The notes beneath the pieces are model-generated. The model worked only from the letters and a program-made list of their open reading frames with translations, ran no database searches and was not told the DNA's origin. This document shows, piece by piece, positions 31,501-40,771 of a stretch of DNA of 48,440 nt. The translations under genes and the position numbers were made by a program. The stretch is from an uncultured Christensenellaceae bacterium (GTDB taxonomy: Bacteria; Bacillota; Clostridia; Christensenellales; Pumilibacteraceae), in NCBI GenBank assembly GCA_910588315.1, contig CAJUQF010000005.1:1-48440 (forward strand), read 5' to 3'. Positions within the stretch are counted from its first letter, which is position 1; the number at the start of each line of letters is the position of its first letter.

Positions 31501-31752
31501 GCGAGACTTCCCGAAAGAACAGGTTAATTAAAAGCATTATACCATAATAGAATACAGAAGTAAAACGAATGGGCGGCAATGCTAATATTACGTGATGGTC
31601 GCGGTAAAAACAAATGATCAAGGCGCATTTTTAATACGGTTTCGGCGATAAGGCGCGCACATTTTCCTTTGTAAAAATTTTTAAAAATATTGTCAAAAAA
31701 GGTATGCAAAATCGTTGACTTTGGTATTGTTAAATGATATAACATTTAAACC

Positions 31753-33198
31753 ATGAACGTGCCATTACCGCATCATAAACACCACCGTTCAACGGCCCTC
31801 GACCTGACGACAGGCAAGCCGTTGTCACGTATACTTATTTTTATGTTGCCTATGATACTCGGCAACATTGTGCAACAGTTATATTCGATGGTCGACACCG
31901 TTATCGTCGGTCAGGCTTTGGGCGCTAATGCGCTGTCCGGCGTAGGCTCGACGGGCGCGCTGTCCATGCTCATACTCGGTCTTGTCGGCGGTCTTGCCGG
32001 CGGATTTTCCGTTATCGTAAGCCAAAAGTGCGGCGCGCGCGACGAAGAGGGCATGCGGCGTTCTTTTGCCGTCGGGATAGTTTTGATGTTGGCGATCGTG
32101 GCGATCCTTACCGTCATCGCGGTGTTTATTTCCAAACCCATGCTTACGGCAATGCACACCAAAGAAGAATTCATGCCGTATGCGTACGATTACATAACCG
32201 TAATTTTCGGAGGCATGCTCATTTCGGGTTTTGCCAATCTGTTCGGATCGGTGTTGCGCGCGATAGGCGATTCCAAGATCCCGCTTTTCATACTTATAGC
32301 GTCGTGTTTTGTGAACGCGGGCTTGGACTGTTTGTTCGTCATGGCGCTTGGACTCGGCGTTAAAGGTGCGGCGTACGCTACGCTGCTTGCCAATCTTTTC
32401 TCCGCGGCGCTCACGTTTATTTATTTGTGGAAACGCTATCCGGCGTTACGGTTCAAAGCAAAGCATTTCAGACCGAACATAAAAGAATACGGGTCGCATT
32501 TGAGACTGGGATTGCCCATGTCGTTGCAGATGTCCGTGATCTCTATAGGCATGATATTCTGTCAGTCTGCGCTAAACACGCTGTCGCCGACGTCGGTCAC
32601 GGCGTATGTTGCGGCGAGCAAAGTCGACGGGTTGGCGACAAGTATACTGAACACCACGGGAACGGCGATGGCGACGTTTGTCGGACAGAACTACGGCGCC
32701 AAGCGATACGATCGTATCAAGACGGGCGTCGCACGGTTCACCGTGTTTGCGACGTGCATGGCGCTCGGATTGGCGATAATCGAACTTAGTCTGTACCGAC
32801 CGCTCATAAAGCTGTTCATTTCGCCGTCCGACAGATCGGAAGAATTGTTCGAGTATGCGCTGAGATTCTTGCTGTTGAATTCGTCCTTTTACATAATGCT
32901 CGGCACGCTGTGCATTTCGCGCGGCGCGTTGCAGGGCATGGGACGAGGCACGATCGCGCTCGTGTCGGGAGCAATGGAAGTTGTTATGCGCGTCGTGATA
33001 TCGCTCATTGCCATGCACTTCTCGAGTTTCCTTATAGTCTGCCTTTGCAACTGCTCGTCCTGGATGGCGGCAAACATCGTACTGCTGCCCGCATTCTTAT
33101 TGACTTTACGCAAGTACATCCCGTTGTTCGGCACGAGTTCGAGATTGGAAAAACTACCCAATCCGTCGGAGATACCGTTTGTGGACAGAGTATCGTAA
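31753..33198 (+). CDS. MATE family efflux transporter
   Basis: DLTTGKP, P..LGN..QQLYSMVDT..VG, RAIGDSK.P, GQNYGAK; about 12 TM helices. Confidence 0.95.
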   Translation: MNVPLPHHKHHRSTALDLTTGKPLSRILIFMLPMILGNIVQQLYSMVDTVIVGQALGANALSGVGSTGALSMLILGLVGGLAGGFSVIVSQKCGARDEEGMRRSFAVGIVLMLAIVAILTVIAVFISKPMLTAMHTKEEFMPYAYDYITVIFGGMLISGFANLFGSVLRAIGDSKIPLFILIASCFVNAGLDCLFVMALGLGVKGAAYATLLANLFSAALTFIYLWKRYPALRFKAKHFRPNIKEYGSHLRLGLPMSLQMSVISIGMIFCQSALNTLSPTSVTAYVAASKVDGLATSILNTTGTAMATFVGQNYGAKRYDRIKTGVARFTVFATCMALGLAIIELSLYRPLIKLFISPSDRSEELFEYALRFLLLNSSFYIMLGTLCISRGALQGMGRGTIALVSGAMEVVMRVVISLIAMHFSSFLIVCLCNCSSWMAANIVLLPAFLLTLRKYIPLFGTSSRLEKLPNPSEIPFVDRVS

Positions 33199-33232
33199 AA
33201 GCGCTGTGCGTAAAAATTTATAACGGTTTTGC

Positions 33233-33262
33233 TTGACATGATCTGTATACGAGAGTTATAAT
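33233..33262 (+). promoter_or_regulatory. sigma-A promoter of the FMN riboswitch-ribU unit
   Basis: TTGACA-18 nt-TATAAT. Confidence 0.8.
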
Positions 33263-33280
33263 ATTAACGAATTTAAGGTC

Positions 33281-33395
33281 ATTCTTTGGGGCGGGGTGAA
33301 ATTCCCCACCGGTGGTCATAGTCCACGAAGGTCGCATGCGACCCCGAGCGGGTGAAATTCCCGCACCGACGGTACAGTCCGGACGATAAAAGAAT
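33281..33395 (+). ncRNA. FMN riboswitch (RFN element)
   Basis: GGGGCGGGGTGAAATTCCCCACCGGTGGT..AGTCCACGA..GGTGAAATTCC..ACCGACGGTACAGTCCGGA; P1 ATTCTTT/AAAGAAT; upstream of an ECF S-component gene. Confidence 0.95.
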
Positions 33396-33414
33396 TACTT
33401 CGGTTGGAAAGTAT

Positions 33415-33450
33415 TCGTCCCGAGTTTTTTCGGGACGATTTTATTTTTTT
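33415..33450 (+). terminator. Riboswitch expression-platform terminator
   Basis: TCGTCCCGA-gtttt-TCGGGACGA followed by TTTTATTTTTTT. Confidence 0.85.
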
Positions 33451-33470
33451 CAAAGAACGGCTTTAATCTG

Positions 33471-33594
33471 CGGCGGCGCATTCATCGCGTGATGCGAGCT
33501 ACGTGCGGCACAGCGGCTTGGTCATGTAGGTGGGTCTACATTCCCGTCACCTCTGTTCCGCCTGTTGCTCGCCTGACGCGCGACTTCGCCGCCG
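33471..33594. repeat. Long imperfect hairpin repeat, copy F (ribU leader)
   Basis: Same frame as copies A and D, with compensatory pairs GCGAGC/GCTCGC, GCGG/CCGC, TGTAG/CTACA. Confidence 0.85.
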
Positions 33595-33659
33595 AGTCGG
33601 GTCTGTTTTGCGGTTTGCCACAAGACATTTTATTTAAATAAAGCGAAAAGGCGGTTCTT

Positions 33660-34454
33660 ATGGAAACTACTACAATTTCAAACTCGGGCAGCGGCGAAAA
33701 AAACGTCGGCGGACGGCGAATGTTTTCGTCTACGCACATTGCGTTCATCGCGACGTTTGCCACGCTTGCGGCAGTACTGTACATACTCGATTTCACCATG
33801 CCGTTCGCTTTTCCGGGTTTTTTGGAATTCAAGCTGTCGGACATACCCATTCTTATCGGGTCGTTCACGCTCGGTCCGTTGTACGGCGCGGTCATAGTCG
33901 TTGTCGAAATTCTATTGAAACTTGTTATAAAAGGCACGTCCACGATGTTCGTCGGCGAACTGTCCGATCTTCTCACGTCGTGCGCGTTTGCCGTGACGGC
34001 GGGGTTGATTTATAAACGTCACCGTACGTTTAAAGGCGCGCTTGCGGCAATGGGTGTGGGTACGCTCGTCGAGGTGACGGTAGCTTTGCTCGTAAATTGG
34101 CTCGTGCTTGTGCCGTTCTACGTTCAATTCTTTTTCGGCGGGAACTGGGCGCCGCTCGTCGGCATGATGAAACCGCTGTTCCCGAGTTGTACGCGCGAAA
34201 CGTTCTATCATTTCTATTTGTGGGTGTCGGTGCTGCCGTTCAATCTTTTGCGCTGTCTTGTAGCCAATCTCGTAACGTTGCTCGTGTATAAGCGTATTTC
34301 TCGGCTTATAAACAGCGTAAATCATAAAATTTACGGTAAGCCCGACCGAAACGTCGCCAAAGAAAAAAGAGTAAACGTTGCGCTGATAATCACGCTTGCG
34401 GTAGTCGTTGCTTTGCTTGCGACGTTTGCATTATTGAGATTTTTTGTGTTTTAA
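33660..34454 (+). CDS. ribU: ECF transporter S component, riboflavin-specific (RibU)
   Basis: FP.FLE..LSDIP, GP..G, VGEL, LPFNL; preceded by FMN riboswitch. Confidence 0.88.
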   Translation: METTTISNSGSGEKNVGGRRMFSSTHIAFIATFATLAAVLYILDFTMPFAFPGFLEFKLSDIPILIGSFTLGPLYGAVIVVVEILLKLVIKGTSTMFVGELSDLLTSCAFAVTAGLIYKRHRTFKGALAAMGVGTLVEVTVALLVNWLVLVPFYVQFFFGGNWAPLVGMMKPLFPSCTRETFYHFYLWVSVLPFNLLRCLVANLVTLLVYKRISRLINSVNHKIYGKPDRNVAKEKRVNVALIITLAVVVALLATFALLRFFVF

Positions 34455-34501
34455 GATAATATATCCGAATTGCGAGCGCGAAAATCCCGCATACTAAACG
34501 T

Positions 34502-35497
34502 ATGCTTATTATCGACAGATACGGAGATGCGGCGGAAGCGCTCGGCTTGGCGCTCGGCGGGACCGATTACGTCAAACGGCTCGAAAGGTCGGAGACGGCG
34601 CAGGGTCGAAATGCGATCGCCGTAAGTTCGCTCGACGGAGCGTTACATACAGCCCTATACTTGTGCGGAGTGCGATCGGGAGACTATGTTTTCGTGCCGA
34701 CGTTTACTTTTTACTCTTACATCGCTACGGTCATGAACATGGACGCCGTGCCGGTGTTTTTGGACTGCGACCCTATAACGCGTTGCGTGTCGGCATCTGC
34801 GCTTGAGACCGCGCTTATGTGGGCGGAGCTTCAGAACAAACCGCCAAAGGCAGTCGTAATAGATAATGCTTTCGGTTCGATAGCGGATTACGATCTGTTG
34901 ATACCGCTTTGCAAGGCGTGGGGAGTGCATACGATCGAACTGAGCGCCGATGCGTACTCCGGTGATTACAAGGGCAAACGTTGCGGCAACAACTGCGATT
35001 ACGGCGTCGTCGGGTTCGATAAAAGATTGCCGGGCGGCGGCGCATTGCTTTATTCGGACGACGGAGATAAGGCGCGCAGGTTTTGCAGAATGGAATATAC
35101 CGACGGCGAATCGCACGATTACAAAATGAATAATTTCGTTGCGGCGTTATGGGTCGCGGGTAAAACCGCATCGGATAAAATAACCGCGCGTGCGCGCAAA
35201 AATCTCGACGCGCTGTGCGCCGCGCTCGATACGGTCGCTCCGCCCATGCCGGGCGATGCCGCAACGTATGCGCTTGTCAAGGCGGCGGATATCGCGGACG
35301 AGCTTAGCGCGGCAGGTTACGACGTGAAGCGGCCGCCGCCCGTGCATACTCTGCCGATGTACCGCGATTGTTATTTTTTCGAACACGAGCGCGGTTATGC
35401 CGTGTGCGATTCATTTAAAAAATACTGTCTAATAGGTTTGGATCTGTCTTTTTTACAAAGATCTAAATTGATACGAATGCTTAAACAGTCGCGATGA
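34502..35497 (+). CDS. Divergent DegT/DnrJ/EryC1/StrS PLP-dependent aminotransferase-like protein
   Basis: ALHTAL...GV..GD.V.VPTFTF, PVFLD, PKAVV, GFDK..GGG. Confidence 0.75.
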   Translation: MLIIDRYGDAAEALGLALGGTDYVKRLERSETAQGRNAIAVSSLDGALHTALYLCGVRSGDYVFVPTFTFYSYIATVMNMDAVPVFLDCDPITRCVSASALETALMWAELQNKPPKAVVIDNAFGSIADYDLLIPLCKAWGVHTIELSADAYSGDYKGKRCGNNCDYGVVGFDKRLPGGGALLYSDDGDKARRFCRMEYTDGESHDYKMNNFVAALWVAGKTASDKITARARKNLDALCAALDTVAPPMPGDAATYALVKAADIADELSAAGYDVKRPPPVHTLPMYRDCYFFEHERGYAVCDSFKKYCLIGLDLSFLQRSKLIRMLKQSR

Positions 35498-35825
35498 TAT
35501 CGCTAAATTTATTCGATGAGCATTTCTGCTTGCAACGGTAAGAATGCGGGATGACGACAAACCGGGCGAGGCCCGTCACTTGGGTCGGCATGACGCGCTT
35601 TCGCGCGGTCCGCTTGCCATGGGTATGATGCCTGATTTATATTGTTCGACCGAAAGCGTGATAAATACCTTAAATCGCGCTTTTTGTTTTTCGAGAAACC
35701 TTTTTTTGCCGCGAATAAAAAACAAACGCTTTTTTCAATATACTTGCCTTATGTCGGTCGTTGTGATATAATTCATAATGGATAGCGGGCGCATTCCGCA
35801 ATTAAAACGTTGTTACGGGAATACC

Positions 35826-36095
35826 ATGAAAGCAGTAGTATCGGTCATAGGAAAAGACAGAACGGGTATCATCGCCGCCGTTGCCGGCGCACTCGCCGAG
35901 CGCAATATCAATATAGAAGATATTTCGCAGACCATTATGCACAGCAACTTCGTAATGATAATGCTTGTCGATACCGAAAAATCGAATGTGCCGCTCGATA
36001 AGCTTTGTACCGAGCTTCAGTCCGCAGTAAAGGATCTTGGCGTAACTGTGCATGTTCAGCATGAGGACTTGTTCGATTCGATGCACCGAATATAA
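35826..36095 (+). CDS. ACT-domain protein (UPF0237)
   Basis: MKAVVSVIGKDRTGIIA, NIEDISQT, QHEDLFDSMHRI; usual partner of UPF0210. Confidence 0.9.
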   Translation: MKAVVSVIGKDRTGIIAAVAGALAERNINIEDISQTIMHSNFVMIMLVDTEKSNVPLDKLCTELQSAVKDLGVTVHVQHEDLFDSMHRI

Positions 36096-36099
36096 TTAG

Positions 36100-36262
36100 C
36101 CTCCTCACGGTTTCTTAAGCGGTGTCTTGCTACCGATATCGGTGCTTGCTGTGTTGCGCCCCCACTCATCGTACCGCAGAAGGGTACGATTTCGGGAGGC
36201 GACGCCTTGCAATCACACGATATCGCCTACGCAATACACTCGCTACAAAACCGTTCGTCGGC
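36100..36262. repeat. Long imperfect hairpin, divergent member G; a partial copy of the A/D/F family follows at about 36300-36350
   Basis: ATCGTACC/GGTACGAT apex, ACGGTTT/AAACCGT and CGATATCG stems; GTAGGTGG..CCGCCTGTTACCCGTCTGAC resembles copies D and F. Confidence 0.6.
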
Positions 36263-36504
36263 TTTTGGCGACGTTATACGATAGCGTTTGATGTCGTTGT
36301 TAGTAGGTGGATCTTCGCCGCTTTACCGCCTGTTACCCGTCTGACACGCCGTCTCCGTTGCCAAGGCTTGGTCGCTTTTGCGGAGAGAGGATGTGTTTCA
36401 GGCACAATACGCTCGCGTCGTATCGGCTCGTCGGCAGCATTCTCTTGGAAATACTCGGGCGGCGTTTCGGCAATAAAAAGAAATGCGATCTCCGATCTCG
36501 ACCC

Positions 36505-36530
36505 GTAGGGAGCGCAGACCCTTGCGCTCC
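36505..36530 (+). repeat. REP-like sequence (GTAG tetranucleotide plus palindrome)
   Basis: GTAG-GGAGCGCA-gaccct-TGCGCTCC. Confidence 0.55.
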
Positions 36531-36687
36531 GCAAGAGACACACTCTATATTCACGGAACGGCAGATAACGGTTTGCTTGCCATACGAATTACACAACAAG
36601 CGTGTCGGCAATAAAAAGAAAAGCTGCCACGATTACCGATACGCCTAAATAATAAAATAACCGCAATTTCACTTATTCGGAGAATAA

Positions 36688-38040
36688 ATGTTTACCGAAA
36701 ACGAAATTATCGAAACCATAGACATGCTTGACAATCGGCATTTGGACGTGCGCACCGTTACGGCGGCGCTATCCCTGCTCGATTGTATCGACTCGTCCGG
36801 AAAGCGCTGCGCCGAGCGAGTGTACGACAAGATAACGCGCGTATGCGAAAAGCTGGTGCCGGTGTGCGACATGCTGTCGGCGCGATACGGCGTGAAGATC
36901 GTAAACAAGCGCATATCCGTAACGCCCGTATCTATCATCGGCTCGGCAAGCGGCGACTTCATCGGTATAGCAAAAGCGCTTGATCGCGCCGGCAAAGCGC
37001 TGGGTGTGGATTTTGTCGGCGGGTATTCTGCGCTCGTTCAAAAGAAGGCGACAGACAAGGAAAGTTTGTTCCTCGATACCATACCCGAAGCCTTATCAGT
37101 GACGGATATCGTCTGTTCGTCTGTCAACGTTGCTTCGAGCAAGAGCGGCATAAATCTCGACGCTGTCGGTAAGCTCGGCACGATAATCAAAGATCTCGCG
37201 TACCGTACACGCAACAATAATTCGTTCGGGTGCGGCAAGCTTGTGGTATTTTGCAACGCGGTGGACGACAATCCGTTCATGGCGGGCGCATTCACGGGAC
37301 TTTCCGAAGGTGAAAGCACGATAAACGTCGGCGTTTCCGGTCCGGGAGTCGTCGAGTACGAGATAAAAAAACATCCCGATTACGATATAACGCAAATATG
37401 CGAGCTGATCAAACGCACGGCGTTTAAGATAACGCGGCTCGGTTCGCTTATCGGAAACGAAGCGGCGAAAGCGCTGTCGCTCACGCCCGGCATAGTGGAT
37501 CTTTCGCTCGCGCCCACGCCGGCGATAGGCGATTCGGTCGCGCGCATACTCGAAAGCATAGGCTTGTCGTCCGTCGGCTCGTGCGGTACGACCGCATGTC
37601 TCGCACTTTTGAACGACGCCGTCAAAAAGGGCGGCGTGATGGCGGCGGACAAAGTAGGCGGACTGTCGGGCGCGTTCATTCCCGTGTCGGAGGATGCGGG
37701 CATGATCGAAGCGGCGCGCGGCGGAAAGATAACCGTCGAAAAACTGGAAGCCATGACCGCCGTGTGTTCGGTCGGACTCGATATGATAGCGATCCCCGGC
37801 GATACGAGCGCCGCCGTTATTTCCGGAATAATAGCCGACGAGTGTGCCATCGGCATGATAAACAACAAAACGACCGCGGTGCGCGTAATACCGGTTTACG
37901 GCAAAGCCGTGGGCGACGAAGTCGATTTCGGCGGACTGTTCGGAACGGCGCCGATAATGCCGGTCAACGCAGGCGACCCCGCGGCGTTCATATCACGCGG
38001 CGGAGTTATACCGCCGCCGGTACACTCGTACAAGAATTAG
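36688..38040 (+). CDS. UPF0210/DUF711 (PFL-like) protein
   Basis: [40 protein letters not shown]. Confidence 0.93.
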   Translation: MFTENEIIETIDMLDNRHLDVRTVTAALSLLDCIDSSGKRCAERVYDKITRVCEKLVPVCDMLSARYGVKIVNKRISVTPVSIIGSASGDFIGIAKALDRAGKALGVDFVGGYSALVQKKATDKESLFLDTIPEALSVTDIVCSSVNVASSKSGINLDAVGKLGTIIKDLAYRTRNNNSFGCGKLVVFCNAVDDNPFMAGAFTGLSEGESTINVGVSGPGVVEYEIKKHPDYDITQICELIKRTAFKITRLGSLIGNEAAKALSLTPGIVDLSLAPTPAIGDSVARILESIGLSSVGSCGTTACLALLNDAVKKGGVMAADKVGGLSGAFIPVSEDAGMIEAARGGKITVEKLEAMTAVCSVGLDMIAIPGDTSAAVISGIIADECAIGMINNKTTAVRVIPVYGKAVGDEVDFGGLFGTAPIMPVNAGDPAAFISRGGVIPPPVHSYKN

Positions 38041-38065
38041 TTAATAATTTCATAGGAGTTATATA

Positions 38066-39841
38066 ATGAAAAGGAATCAAATAACCGAAAATTACAAGTG
38101 GAATCTCGGCGACATGGTGGACAGCGCCGATACGTTCGAAAAGCTGTTTGCCGAAGTGGACGGCGCGCTTGCGGATATAGAGGCGTATAAGGGCAGGCTC
38201 GGCAACCGCGCCGACGCGCTCGCATGCTTGAAACTCGATTGCGAAGTGTCAAAGAAATTCGAGTTGATATATATCTATTCGCACATGCTGCGCGATCAGG
38301 ATTCCACCGATAACGCCGCTTGCGCGCTTGCGGCGCGAACGGACGGGCTTGCCGGCAAGTACGGCACGGCAGCGTCGTTTATGACGAGCGAACTGGGCGC
38401 GCTCGACGCGTCGGTTTTGGATTCGTATATAAACGATCCCGAGTTTGCCGATTTCGATTTCATGCTTAAAGAGATAGTGCGACAGAAAGCGCACATACTG
38501 TCGGATAGGGAAGAGAGGCTTTTGGCGCTGTCGTCGGACGCGCTCAAAACGACGTACAACGTCGCGCATATGCTGTTCGATGCGGACTTAAAGTTCAAGC
38601 CCGTCAAAAAAGACGGCAAAAAAGTCGAACTCAACAACGGATCGTACGGCGAACTGCTCGCCGATCCCGACAGAGCGGTGCGCAAACAGGCGTTTAATAA
38701 TCTTTACGACGGGTATATTGCGCACATAAATACCATTGCCGCCAACTATGCCGGTAACGTCAAAGCGGACAACTTCAAAGCCAAAGCGCGCGGCTATAAG
38801 GATTGTTTGGAAAAATCGCTGTTCGGCGACGGTGTGCCGAACTCGGTGTATACAAATCTCATAGACGCGGTCGGAAAGAATTTCGAACCGTTGCACCGTT
38901 ATATCGCTCTGCGTAAAAAATTGCTCGGCGTCGATAAACAGCATATGTACGATCTTTACACGCCCATCGTAGACAATGCGGAAATGAAACTGCCGTACGA
39001 AGAAGCGTGCGAGACCGTCAAAGCGGCAATGGCGCCTATGGGCAAGGAGTATGTCGGTTTGCTCGATAAAGCGATGAGAGAGGGGTGGATAGACGTCATG
39101 CCCAACGACGGCAAACGCGGCGGCGCATACAGTTGGTCGTCGTACTCGGCGCATCCTTACGTGCTTTTAAATTACACGCCGACGACCGAAGATATATTCA
39201 CGCTCGCGCACGAACTCGGGCATTGTCTGCATTCGTATTATTCTCAACACGGTCAGCCTTATTCCAAGTGGGATTATCAAATATTCGTCGCGGAGGTCGC
39301 GTCAATTTGCAACGAAACTTTGCTTGACGACTACCTGATGAAAAACGTTAAGGACGACAACGTCAAGAAATATCTTTTGAGCTTACGACTCAACAGATTC
39401 AGAACGACGTTGTTCCGCCAGGCTATGTTCGCCGAATTCGAATACAACGCGCATAAAATGGATCTCGAAGGCACGCCGCTCACCGTCGACAATCTCAGCG
39501 AAATGTATCTCGAACTCAACAAGAAGTATTACGGCAAAGACGTAGTTTCCGACGATAAGATAGCATATGAGTGGGCGCGCATACCGCATTTCTATACGGC
39601 ATTCTACGTATACAAGTATTCGACCGGCATGACTGCGGCGACGAGTATCGCGCACAATATACTTTCGCGTCCCGGTTATGTCGATATCTATAAGAACAAA
39701 TTCCTTTCGGCAGGCGGTCATAAATCGCCGTATGAGATACTTTGCGATACGGAAGTCGATTTGGCGACGACCAAGCCGTACGACGATGCGTTTGCGTTCA
39801 TGAGCGCGGCGCTCGACGAGCTGGAAAAACTTTGTAAATAG
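38066..39841 (+). CDS. pepF: Oligoendopeptidase F (M3B)
   Basis: GKRGGAYS, HPYVLLN, HELGH, AEVAS, WARIPHFY. Confidence 0.96.
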   Translation: MKRNQITENYKWNLGDMVDSADTFEKLFAEVDGALADIEAYKGRLGNRADALACLKLDCEVSKKFELIYIYSHMLRDQDSTDNAACALAARTDGLAGKYGTAASFMTSELGALDASVLDSYINDPEFADFDFMLKEIVRQKAHILSDREERLLALSSDALKTTYNVAHMLFDADLKFKPVKKDGKKVELNNGSYGELLADPDRAVRKQAFNNLYDGYIAHINTIAANYAGNVKADNFKAKARGYKDCLEKSLFGDGVPNSVYTNLIDAVGKNFEPLHRYIALRKKLLGVDKQHMYDLYTPIVDNAEMKLPYEEACETVKAAMAPMGKEYVGLLDKAMREGWIDVMPNDGKRGGAYSWSSYSAHPYVLLNYTPTTEDIFTLAHELGHCLHSYYSQHGQPYSKWDYQIFVAEVASICNETLLDDYLMKNVKDDNVKKYLLSLRLNRFRTTLFRQAMFAEFEYNAHKMDLEGTPLTVDNLSEMYLELNKKYYGKDVVSDDKIAYEWARIPHFYTAFYVYKYSTGMTAATSIAHNILSRPGYVDIYKNKFLSAGGHKSPYEILCDTEVDLATTKPYDDAFAFMSAALDELEKLCK

Positions 39842-40755
39842 TGCTTTTCGCTGCGCTTAAAAATCCAAAGCGGATAATATTCGCAGTTATCGCGACGCTC
39901 ATCGCATTCGTTTTTATCGGTTGCGGCGCATCGGTCACGGTATACGACTACTCGGAAGACGGCGTGAGATACAACATGTACGAACTGAGTTTCGACGCAG
40001 ATACGCTCGAAAATATGGAGCGTACCGCCGCGACGGACGTGAACGGCAATAAGTATAAGATCGAAGATTATCTTTACGAGCTTTTCACCGATTTCGGATA
40101 TACGCCCGTCGACGCGACGCGCGACGCAAACGGGTATACCGTTTGTTATCGCAGAGCGGTCGGCGTTAGCAGCGAACTTTTCCAAGCGGGCAGTACCGTC
40201 GAATTTGTGCGGACGTATAAGGAAAATCCGTTTATCCGAACGTACAAAGACGTTTCGCCCAACCCGTTCAACGGTGTGCGCGAAACATATGACAATATAG
40301 AGCCGACTCACTCTTCGACGTTGCTCGAGAGGATCAAGAACGGGGCGATAGCGTTCGATGAGTTCGGCGAACCCATGATGGGTCAGCCTGCGCTGGCGGA
40401 TGCGTTTCCATATCTCAAGAGCGCGAACTTGGACGGATTGCCGCTTAATTACGTGCGGTACGGCACGAGCCGTATGACGTCGTCCGGTAAGTCGATAGAA
40501 ACGGGCGATAAGACCGCGGCGTACGTGTTTACAAGGTATTTCGATACGACCGAAACTCAGATCGCGTTCGAGTATAAGCGAGCCGTGCCGTACGGCTGGT
40601 ACATGACTGCGCTCATCGCAGGCGGCTTTGTGCTTTTGATATTCATACTCGCGACGCGCAAAAAGAAAGAAAAACCCACGTTGCTCGACAGGTTCCCTTA
40701 TAACCCCGAGGAGTATCGCGATTACGAATCGCATTTGCCGACATTGAAACGGTAG
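39841..40755 (+). CDS. Hypothetical membrane-anchored protein: lipobox-like N-terminus and C-terminal TM helix
   Basis: Signal peptide ending FIGC; WYMTALIAGGFVLLIFILA followed by RKKKEK; GTG start overlaps the pepF stop. Confidence 0.7.
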   Translation: MLFAALKNPKRIIFAVIATLIAFVFIGCGASVTVYDYSEDGVRYNMYELSFDADTLENMERTAATDVNGNKYKIEDYLYELFTDFGYTPVDATRDANGYTVCYRRAVGVSSELFQAGSTVEFVRTYKENPFIRTYKDVSPNPFNGVRETYDNIEPTHSSTLLERIKNGAIAFDEFGEPMMGQPALADAFPYLKSANLDGLPLNYVRYGTSRMTSSGKSIETGDKTAAYVFTRYFDTTETQIAFEYKRAVPYGWYMTALIAGGFVLLIFILATRKKKEKPTLLDRFPYNPEEYRDYESHLPTLKR

Positions 40756-40771
40756 ATAAAGGAGGCATGCA

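Noticed and set aside
35510..35680. Riboswitch, 6S or SRP RNA upstream of the ACT gene
   Set aside because: GC-rich with small hairpins, but I could not match conserved motifs of any known family; needs an Rfam scan.
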